Shown here one piece after another: positions 46,758 to 54,176 of a stretch of 64,000 nucleotides of DNA. The stretch lies in contig OX638323.1 of the NCBI GenBank assembly GCA_951812715.1, positions 1,776,577-1,840,576 on the forward strand, written 5' to 3'. This DNA is from an uncultured Pseudohongiella sp. Its GTDB lineage: Bacteria; Pseudomonadota; Gammaproteobacteria; Pseudomonadales; Pseudohongiellaceae. Made by a program: the position numbers and the translations under genes. Every line of letters begins with the position of its first letter. Within the stretch, counting starts at the first letter, position 1. The notes beneath the pieces were generated by a model, which was not told where the DNA came from, searched no databases, and saw only the letters and a list, made by a program, of their open reading frames with translations.

Positions 46758-49682
46758 TCAAGTGAGTTGGCGTTTTACCAGATCTTGAAAAATGCCGCCG
46801 ATTTCCATGAGTTGTTCGAAGGATCCGCTTTCCACGACTTTCCCGGCCTGCATCACATAGATACGGTCGGCCTGTTCGAGAGTGGAAAGGCGGTGCGCGA
46901 TGACGATGCGGGTCGAGGTGAGCGCGGCGAGGTTTTGCATGACCTGTGCCTGGCTTTCGTTGTCGAGCCAGTTGGTGGCTTCGTCAAGCAGCATGATGTT
47001 CGGGCTGCGAGTCAGCGAGCGGGCGATGGTGACGCGCTGGCTTTCGCCGCCGGACAATACCGACCCGCTGGTGCCCACCGGCGTCAGCATGCCCATGGGC
47101 ATGGCTTTGATTTCCCGGTCGATTCCCGCGACTTCGGCGGTTTGCCAGACTTCCTCGGTGGTCGCCCCCTCGTGGTGGACGACGATATTGTCCCAAAGGT
47201 CTTGCGGGTGTAGTTGCACCGACTGTGGAACGGTTCCGATTTTTCGTCGCACCTGTTTGAGGTTCAGGTGGCGAAGGTCGCGGCCATCGTAATACACAGC
47301 CCCCGCGGTCGGCTGCTCAAGCCCGAGGGCGAGCTGAAACAGCGTACTCTTGCCGGCGCCGGATTCACCGGCAATGGCAATGAATTCCCCCGGACGAGCG
47401 TGAATGTTGACATCGTCCAGAATGAGCGGCCCATCTGGATCATAGCGGAATGAAATATGGTCGAACTGAACCTCGCCGCCGAGATGTTCAAAAGATTCGC
47501 CTTCCGTGGCTGACTCGGGAATTACGGCAAGCAGCGGCCGGATTTGCTCAAGACTGGGCGACATGGCGGCAATCGCGCCGAAGGACTCGCCTAACCGGGC
47601 CGCCGCGGTCTGGAAGGTAATGTATACCGTGTAGACCACGAGAAAATCCCCCACCGGCAGCGCGCGGTCGCCGGTGGCGGATACCGCGAGTAGCAATACG
47701 GCGCCGGTGAGAAGGGGAAGCGCCGCGCCGAAGGCCTGCAAGTGACCTTCGAGCGCGCCGAGTTCGAGTTCTGCCCGCTTCTGGTCGCGAAAATCCCGCG
47801 CCCAGATCGCGAAGGCCGAACCTTCGGCGCTTTCCACGCGCAATTTTGCGATGCCGTTGATGATCTGGAACAGTCTGCCGATTACCTTGCGCGCCGCGGC
47901 GAGCATGCGCTGGTAGGGCGCGGTTTGCCGCAATCCAATCAGTAGTATCAGCAATAACGAAGCGAGACTGAAGGCGAGAGCGATGAGTCCAAGCGTGTGG
48001 TCATAGATGAAAATAAGGCCAAACACAGGCAGCAGGAAAATTACCGACAATATGCTGTCCACGACAACTCCCTGCACTCCGTCGCGCAGGTTTTGAAAGG
48101 TTATTCCCCGCATAGCGAGATCCCCCGCCGGATAGCGGCGCAACACCCCCGCCGGCAGGCGCAGCAGGCGATCCCAGAACGCGGCTTCGATGCGTGCAGC
48201 CGAACGTCCTTCCAGCCGCATCATCGCCGTGCCTTGCAGCAGATGCAGCAAAGCGCCGAGCAGGCCGAAGCCCGCCAGCGCCGCCGCCACCGCGTAAACC
48301 GCGCCAGGGGTTCCGCCTTGCATGACATGGTTCGCCGCGAAACCCAGCGCCAGCGCCGGCAATAGCTTGATCAGCCCCGCCGGCAATCCGCTCAGCACCA
48401 GCCGCAACAAGTCACCGCCCGAGCCATGGAGGCCGATGCGCAGCAGGTCGCGGATATCCGCGCTTCCCGGCGGCAAGGGCCGGTAGAACATCCAGGCTTC
48501 CTCTTTCAAAGCGGCGGCCCGCTCCGCGGTAACCGGGACGCTGCGCCTGCTTGACGGATCGATTTCCCGGTAGCGCCCCGCGGCGCCGGGAACCAGGGCG
48601 ACTGGCTGGCTGTCCTCGGCGCGGAATGCGAGCATCGCATTGCTGTCGCCCAGCCACCATTGATCTTCGGCTTTCAGTTTGATCCGCCGGGTGCGAACCC
48701 CGGAAGCGTCGAGTATGTCTGCCAAGCGCAGGGGAGTTTCCAACGCGGCTGACCGCCGCGGAATGCGAAACTCGATCCCTTCCTTGCGGCCTACGATACG
48801 CATGGCTTCCGCCAGCGCCGCGTCGGCGTCTTCGGCCTCTTCTTCCGTCGGCAAGTCATAGATATTGAAAAGCCGGCGCCTGGCCGCCGCTTCGTCCCGG
48901 CGGCGGCTGCTCGCCCGGGCTCGTTCGAGATTGGCTGAATCGACTACGGCCAGCCGCCGGTTGAGACGCTCAAGCGCGTATGCAACTTGGTGAAACATGG
49001 CCAGGGCCGGTAGCAGCAGACCTTGTTCGGAAAGCTGCCCGGATGATTTCGCCGTGACTTCCGTCGTCCGGAACAAGGTGAGCCAGTTTGCCTGGGTCAA
49101 GGGAATCAGACCTTCCCCGCCGCCATTCTCTCCGGTTAATTCAGCGCCATCGATCAGATCCATGAACAGACTGGCGCCGCGCGGCGGCTGGGATACCCAA
49201 ACCACGCCGCTCCGCACGGCAAGTGTGCCTGGATTGTAGTTTCGCGCGGCGCCGGGAGTCGCCAAACCGTCGGAGCGCGGATGGTGGGTTACAAAGCGGG
49301 ACAATGCGCCGACGAGGTCGGTCAGCCAGTTGTCCACCTGTGTCGCGAGTTCGGCGGCGTCGGCCCCGGCGAGCGCGGACACCGGCAGCCGTTTAAGCAC
49401 GGTGCCAGGCAAACCCTTGGCGATGAGGCTCAAGGTGGTGTCTTGCTCGTCCGGCGCGACGCCCGGCAGGAGTCTGCCGGGCGTCGCGCGCAGCAAATGT
49501 TGCGGCGCAGCCTGTTCCACGCCGCCCTCGAACTCCACCAGAAACAGATCGACGGCGCCCTTGTCGATAAGCCAGATACAATCCGGATCGTCGAGCGTTA
49601 TCGGCAGATTGCCGGCGCAAGGAACGGCAACGCCGTCGCGTGCGGCGAGTTCGGAAATCGATATGTATTGCGCGTCAGACAT
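46758..49682 (-). CDS. NHLP/NHLM-bacteriocin-system ABC transporter permease/ATPase (second subunit; N-terminal cNMP-binding-like domain)
   Basis: 974 aa. N-terminal beta-roll-like region CIWLIDKGAVDLFLVEF. Six-TM ABC domain. Walker A GESGAGKSTLFQL, signature LSGGESQRVTIARSL. 4-nt gap to the C39 ABC gene. Confidence 0.8.
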   Translation of the reverse strand: MSDAQYISISELAARDGVAVPCAGNLPITLDDPDCIWLIDKGAVDLFLVEFEGGVEQAAPQHLLRATPGRLLPGVAPDEQDTTLSLIAKGLPGTVLKRLPVSALAGADAAELATQVDNWLTDLVGALSRFVTHHPRSDGLATPGAARNYNPGTLAVRSGVVWVSQPPRGASLFMDLIDGAELTGENGGGEGLIPLTQANWLTLFRTTEVTAKSSGQLSEQGLLLPALAMFHQVAYALERLNRRLAVVDSANLERARASSRRRDEAAARRRLFNIYDLPTEEEAEDADAALAEAMRIVGRKEGIEFRIPRRSAALETPLRLADILDASGVRTRRIKLKAEDQWWLGDSNAMLAFRAEDSQPVALVPGAAGRYREIDPSSRRSVPVTAERAAALKEEAWMFYRPLPPGSADIRDLLRIGLHGSGGDLLRLVLSGLPAGLIKLLPALALGFAANHVMQGGTPGAVYAVAAALAGFGLLGALLHLLQGTAMMRLEGRSAARIEAAFWDRLLRLPAGVLRRYPAGDLAMRGITFQNLRDGVQGVVVDSILSVIFLLPVFGLIFIYDHTLGLIALAFSLASLLLILLIGLRQTAPYQRMLAAARKVIGRLFQIINGIAKLRVESAEGSAFAIWARDFRDQKRAELELGALEGHLQAFGAALPLLTGAVLLLAVSATGDRALPVGDFLVVYTVYITFQTAAARLGESFGAIAAMSPSLEQIRPLLAVIPESATEGESFEHLGGEVQFDHISFRYDPDGPLILDDVNIHARPGEFIAIAGESGAGKSTLFQLALGLEQPTAGAVYYDGRDLRHLNLKQVRRKIGTVPQSVQLHPQDLWDNIVVHHEGATTEEVWQTAEVAGIDREIKAMPMGMLTPVGTSGSVLSGGESQRVTIARSLTRSPNIMLLDEATNWLDNESQAQVMQNLAALTSTRIVIAHRLSTLEQADRIYVMQAGKVVESGSFEQLMEIGGIFQDLVKRQLT

Positions 49683-49686
49683 CGTT

Positions 49687-51909
49687 TCAAGCTGTTTTGA
49701 CCAATTTGTGGTAGACGCCGTTTTCGTCCTTCATTAACTCGTCGTGAGTGCCGCGCTGCACTTTGGCGCCCTTGACGAGAACGATAATCTCGTCACAGTC
49801 TCGCACCGTGCTCAAGCGGTGGGCGACGATCAGGCAGGTGACCCCGCGGCGCCGCAAGGCGTTATCGACCAATTCCTCGGTCGCGGCGTCAAGGGCGCTG
49901 GTCGCCTCGTCAAGGACAAGTACCGTGGGATTGCCGACCAGCGCGCGGGCGATTTCCAATCTTTGCCGCTGGCCGCCGCTGAAATTCACGCCGCCTTCCT
50001 CGACCGGCGCCGCGTAGCCGAGTGGACGGTGCAAAATGTCTTCGTGAACGCTGGCATCCCGGGTTGCGGCGCTAATGGCCTCATCGGGAATCGCCGGATT
50101 CCAGAGGGTGATGTTGTCGCGCACGGTCCCGGAAAAAAGCACTACGTCTTGATCGACCACGGAAATGGAACGTTGCAAGACTTCTTCCGGAATCTCGTGC
50201 CGCGGTTTTCCGTCGAACAGGATTTCCCCTGACCAGGGCTGAATGAGTCCCGCGACGAGGCGCGAGACCGTCGACTTGCCGGAGCCGCTGGAACCCACGA
50301 TGGCAACCCGCTGCCCCGGCTTGATCACCAGATTAAAATCCTCGATCAGCGGTGGTTTGCTCTTGTTGTAACCGAAAGTTACGTTGCGAAGCTCGACCTG
50401 ACCGGTAAGCTGCAGCCGCCCCTTGAAAGTGGGCAGGGAATCCGCCTGTGGATTGCGGCGCGTGAATACCGGATCTTCGGCGGTCCTGGTTATGTCTTCC
50501 AGGCGGTGCAAATCTGATTCGATGGCCTGGCGCTTGTCGGCGAACTCGACGAAGCGCCCCACCGGCGCCAGGAACATCATCGCCAGAATGTAAAATCCCG
50601 CCAACGCGCCCAGGGTAATATCGCCTTCGAGTACCCGGCCCACACCGAACGCCAGGATAATCGCGCCGGCCAGCATCGACATCAGACCCGGCAGTGAGGT
50701 GTTGACGTATCCCAGTTCGGCATAGCCCTTGCGGGCATCGAGTTCGAGCGCCTGTTGACCCGACCAGCGCGCGAAGTAACGATCATCGGCCGCCACCATG
50801 CGCAAGTTGTCAGCGTAGTTCAGCATCTGCATGCCGATGCCGAGCAGCAATCCCTGTTCCCGCCGCATCGCATCCGCGCGGACGGAGCGTAGTTTCTTGA
50901 TGAAATGCGCCAGCACGGCATTGACCGCGGCCAGCGCCAGCACGATCAGCCCAAGCCAGATATCGTATAACAGCATGGCGGCCAGAAACACCAGGCTTGC
51001 CGCCATATCGATTATCAGCACAATAAACTGTTCGGTAAGGTTTTTCGCGATTCTGTCGATGGCCGAAACGCGGTCGGTCAGGTCGCCGACCAGCCGATGA
51101 TTGAAAAACTCCACCGGCAGGCGCAGCAACCGGGAAAAACCGCGGCTGTATCCGGCAATCGAAATCCTCGTCGATAGTCGCTTCAACAAACGATGTTTCA
51201 GCAAGGAAAGCAGATAGGCCAGCAAGCCGGCGCTACCCAGCAGAACCGCCGTCATGAGGCCCCAAGGTTGCTGGTTGATCAGCACATGGTCCACGAAGAC
51301 GCTCACCGAGGCGGGCGCCGCCAGCGCTAGCAAGGCCAGCATCAAACCGCAGACGAACGCTCCGGCGAGCCCATCCCAGGTCCCACCCAGCCAGACTCGC
51401 GCCTGCTTCAGCAAGCCGGGGCGTTCGCCGCCGGCCTTGAAGTTCTCGCCACGCTTCAGCCGCAGCGTGATTCTGCTGTAGCCCTTGTTGAATTCTTCCG
51501 TGGTAACCCGGCGTCTGCCAGTGGCGGGGTCGTTCAGATAGAGGTGATTTTCGTCATAGCCTTCCAGAACTACGAAGTGACTGTATTGCCAAAACAGGAT
51601 CGAGGGCAGCGACAATCGCTTGAGCATTTCGGTATTCACGCTCAGACCGCTGCACTCCAGCCCATAATGCCGCGCGGCGCGCAGGATGCCGGCCGCGCTT
51701 GAGCCGTCTCGGCTTACCTCGCATCTTTCGCGCAATTCCGTTAGCGGAATCCAGCGCCCAAAATGGGCCAGAACGCTTCCCAGGCAGGCGGCGCCGCATT
51801 CCGAGGCGTGCATCTGCAGCAGAATCGGCGTCTTTACCCTTTGCCTGTGCGGCTTGGAAGCGGCTCCTTTCGATTGGCTTGCTCGCGAGCTCGAACCGAC
51901 TGCAGACAT
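49687..51909 (-). CDS. NHLP-family bacteriocin export ABC transporter with N-terminal C39 peptidase domain
   Basis: C39 catalytic region QMHASECGAACLGSVL, SHFVVLEGY, LNDPA. Walker A GSSGSGKSTVSRL, signature FSGGQRQRLEIARAL. Its start abuts the stop of the adaptor gene. Confidence 0.9.
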   Translation of the reverse strand: MSAVGSSSRASQSKGAASKPHRQRVKTPILLQMHASECGAACLGSVLAHFGRWIPLTELRERCEVSRDGSSAAGILRAARHYGLECSGLSVNTEMLKRLSLPSILFWQYSHFVVLEGYDENHLYLNDPATGRRRVTTEEFNKGYSRITLRLKRGENFKAGGERPGLLKQARVWLGGTWDGLAGAFVCGLMLALLALAAPASVSVFVDHVLINQQPWGLMTAVLLGSAGLLAYLLSLLKHRLLKRLSTRISIAGYSRGFSRLLRLPVEFFNHRLVGDLTDRVSAIDRIAKNLTEQFIVLIIDMAASLVFLAAMLLYDIWLGLIVLALAAVNAVLAHFIKKLRSVRADAMRREQGLLLGIGMQMLNYADNLRMVAADDRYFARWSGQQALELDARKGYAELGYVNTSLPGLMSMLAGAIILAFGVGRVLEGDITLGALAGFYILAMMFLAPVGRFVEFADKRQAIESDLHRLEDITRTAEDPVFTRRNPQADSLPTFKGRLQLTGQVELRNVTFGYNKSKPPLIEDFNLVIKPGQRVAIVGSSGSGKSTVSRLVAGLIQPWSGEILFDGKPRHEIPEEVLQRSISVVDQDVVLFSGTVRDNITLWNPAIPDEAISAATRDASVHEDILHRPLGYAAPVEEGGVNFSGGQRQRLEIARALVGNPTVLVLDEATSALDAATEELVDNALRRRGVTCLIVAHRLSTVRDCDEIIVLVKGAKVQRGTHDELMKDENGVYHKLVKTA

Positions 51910-52461
51910 TCAAGTTCTTCCAGGTCCCAGGAGTGAAACAGGTGAATATTCACCCAGGGTGACGACGATTCTGCATTCCGATCCATCCACCGCGGATTCG
52001 CTGATGTCTTCGCCAAGCGAGATTCCCAGCCGGTGCATAGCCGCGGGCGCCGCGGCGGTTTGCCATTGCATCCCGCCGGAGTCGGTAACGGCGGCGATTG
52101 AGGCTATCTCGCCGACAACCCGCAATCCTTCTCCGTTAACGCCGGAAAGCTCTAACGCAGTTGTCATTCCGGGCTCGAGCATTTGCGCGATGTCCCGCTC
52201 GAGCCAGATCATGGACTGCACCGTCCGGCCCGTGGCGGCCGGATCTCCGGCAGCGGCAACCAGCACGCCGTCGAGAGCGACGCTGCGTGTTACGCTCCCC
52301 AGGAACAGCCATCCGGCAAGCGCGAGCAAGGTTAATCCGCATGCCGCGACGAGCAGGCGTTCACGGGGCGTGGTGACTGTAAGCAGCCGGTCGAGTTGCT
52401 CCCGCTCCTCCTTGGCCTCCGCGACGATTTCGTGGAATGGTTCAAAAGGATCTGCAAACAC
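51910..52461 (-). CDS. HlyD-family (NHLM-type) secretion adaptor lacking the coiled-coil hairpin (183 aa)
   Basis: EQLDRLLTVTTPRERLLVAACGLTLLALAGWLFLGSVTRSVALDGVLV fits the N-terminal consensus of NHLM-system HlyD proteins as I recall it. The C-terminal part LEPGMTTALELSG...VVGEIASIA...CRIVVTLGEYSPVSLL fits the barrel end. The middle alpha-hairpin is absent. Confidence 0.65.
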   Translation of the reverse strand: MFADPFEPFHEIVAEAKEEREQLDRLLTVTTPRERLLVAACGLTLLALAGWLFLGSVTRSVALDGVLVAAAGDPAATGRTVQSMIWLERDIAQMLEPGMTTALELSGVNGEGLRVVGEIASIAAVTDSGGMQWQTAAAPAAMHRLGISLGEDISESAVDGSECRIVVTLGEYSPVSLLGPGRT

Positions 52462-52516
52462 TTTGTTATCCGTTTACTTGATAAAAAATTATTATAGGGC
52501 CGCAAACAAAATAATT

Positions 52517-52546
52517 TCGACATTCTACGACACGAAGACTTAATAT
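52517..52546 (+). promoter_or_regulatory. candidate sigma70 promoter for the precursor gene in the AT-rich divergent intergenic region
   Basis: TCGACA (52517-52522), 18-nt spacer, TAATAT (52541-52546). Strong SD aaggag at 52592-52597, 7 nt before ATG 52605. Confidence 0.3.
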
Positions 52547-52604
52547 AGTTAACAGAATCAATGTGTGATTCTAGGGCATTGTTGAACGGAAAAGGAGAAA
52601 GCTA

Positions 52605-52859
52605 ATGAGAAACGGCAACGAGGCATTGGATCAAATTGTCGAAAAATCCACACTGGATGCGGATTTCAGACAAAATCTGCTGGCAGATCCAAAAGCCACT
52701 ATTTGTAAGGAATTGGGAGTTACGCTTCCCGATTCGATGACTGTCAAGATTCATGAGAGCGACATGCAGACGGTGCATCTTGCATTGCCGCCAGCCATGG
52801 ATCTCACTGACGAACAGCTCGAAGCTGTCGCGGCTGGCCTTTGCTGCTGCGGTTGGTAG
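52605..52859 (+). CDS. NHLP (nitrile-hydratase-leader-peptide) family RiPP precursor; predicted core LCCCGW
   Basis: LDADFRQNLLADPKATICKELGVTLPDSMTVKIHESDMQTVHLALPPAMDLTDEQLEAVAAG matches the NHLP leader consensus, including the VLPP block and the eeLeavaGG-type cleavage motif. Six residues follow. Strong SD and a downstream terminator. Confidence 0.85.
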   Translation: MRNGNEALDQIVEKSTLDADFRQNLLADPKATICKELGVTLPDSMTVKIHESDMQTVHLALPPAMDLTDEQLEAVAAGLCCCGW

Positions 52860-52880
52860 ACTGAATCGCCGACGAGCGAC

Positions 52881-52920
52881 AAATGCGGGCGCGAAACAAG
52901 CCGCGCCCGCATTTTCTCTT
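52881..52920. terminator. rho-independent terminator between the convergent precursor gene and the 369-aa ORF
   Basis: aatgcgggcgcg-aaacaagc-cgcgcccgcatt, a 12-bp GC-rich stem, followed by ttttctctt. Confidence 0.7.
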
Positions 52921-52984
52921 CGCGGGAACCGCTTTCGTCACCGCTACGGTGGCGAAGGCAGTCTTGTGACTTTTTCGGCTGAAT

Positions 52985-54094
52985 TCAAGGCGCGACCGCT
53001 CCGGAAAGCACCATGAACACATAGGCCTTTGCCTGTCGGAGCCGATTTTTGGATATGGTCAGTTTTATGTGGTGAATGCCGCGCAGCATCACGTAGCGCC
53101 CGGATTTCGCAAACAGCGGAGTCGGTTTTGATATCCAGTCGGCAAGTGCGGCGACCTTTTCCGGAATTACAATATCCTCATGGCGCAAGGCTTGCAGGAA
53201 CGGATTCCAATCGGTCAGGCCATCGAGCCAATATTCCGAATCTTTGCTATGTCTCTCCCTCACAATCAGCGTAAGGCCGAGCGTTGACCCGAGACCCTTT
53301 TCCAGCACATCGATATTCGCCCCGATCTCGATAACATTCACGCGTTTCCCGAAGCGTACAATCGTGGAATCGACGGCTGAAACCTGACCCGGCCAACCAG
53401 TGTTTTCGAGCCAGGCGCATATTGCTTGCCGCGATTTGAATCCCATGACCGCCAGACGGATTGCCCGCGAGCGAGACGGGAATACACCGAAAGACTCCAT
53501 GCGCGTATCCTCCGGCTGCGCCAGGTAAACCCGTTCGACGTTCTCCCGTTCGGCGTCATTCGTCTCCCAGCCTACGCAGGAAACGAGCGCGTCGATCACC
53601 GTGCCGGCATCGTTCGCCCGGCCTCCGGCGCCGATAATCGGACGTTCGCGGGGTATCAGGAACATACCCGGAAGCGGAGATTCGCCACCCCGGGCAGTGC
53701 CAATGTCATATTCCAGCATCAACTTGCGACCGACAATTTTGCGCAGAGATGAGTTTTCGGCATCGATTTGCCGGCACAGCCGCGTGATCGCGTTCGCGGT
53801 CTCGTCCGTCCGCGCCCGTTTCCGGAAATACGCTGCCGACCTGCTTCCGCTCGCCAGCGAGATGCCGAAATCCGCCTCCGGCCTGCTCGTATGCAGCGGC
53901 AATTCGAAGCCGAACGGAAGGGCGGCCATTGTGATAGGAAGGTTCCGAGCGCATTCGAGTATGCCTTCCCATTCCGGGTCTCCGATCAGAACCGGCGAAA
54001 TCCGGTTGCGAAAGTGCCCCAGCAAGTCGCCCATGGCGCCGCCCTCTTCGGCGAGCCGGTCCTCGGTTAGCGCGACTGCTTCGTCGCTTTGCAT
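52985..54094 (-). CDS. hypothetical protein in the RiPP operon (candidate tailoring enzyme; family not recognised)
   Basis: 369-aa ORF co-oriented with the cyclodehydratase and the leader-fused gene. Repeated paired-strand-like segments: LMLEYDIG, AIRLAVMGF, VIEIGANIDV...LGLTLIV, IHHIKLTIS...AKAYVFMV. Confidence 0.55.
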   Translation of the reverse strand: MQSDEAVALTEDRLAEEGGAMGDLLGHFRNRISPVLIGDPEWEGILECARNLPITMAALPFGFELPLHTSRPEADFGISLASGSRSAAYFRKRARTDETANAITRLCRQIDAENSSLRKIVGRKLMLEYDIGTARGGESPLPGMFLIPRERPIIGAGGRANDAGTVIDALVSCVGWETNDAERENVERVYLAQPEDTRMESFGVFPSRSRAIRLAVMGFKSRQAICAWLENTGWPGQVSAVDSTIVRFGKRVNVIEIGANIDVLEKGLGSTLGLTLIVRERHSKDSEYWLDGLTDWNPFLQALRHEDIVIPEKVAALADWISKPTPLFAKSGRYVMLRGIHHIKLTISKNRLRQAKAYVFMVLSGAVAP

Positions 54095-54176
54095 ATTCGG
54101 TTTCCTCGGACAACCGCGAGCGCCGAACTGAAATCGACTTCCGCGCTCAATGATGGATCGATTCGATAGAGAAGGA

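Noticed and set aside
52842-52859. Resemblance of the core LCCCGW to the nitrile hydratase alpha-subunit metal claw (C-S/T-L-C-S-C followed by aromatic residues), tempting because NHLP leaders derive from NHase alpha.
   Set aside because: In my recollected NHase alpha sequence, the NHLP-like segment ending in VLP...eeLqeiv corresponds to the C-terminal part of the protein, well after the claw motif. The core is therefore not positionally homologous to the metal site. The similarity is likely coincidental.
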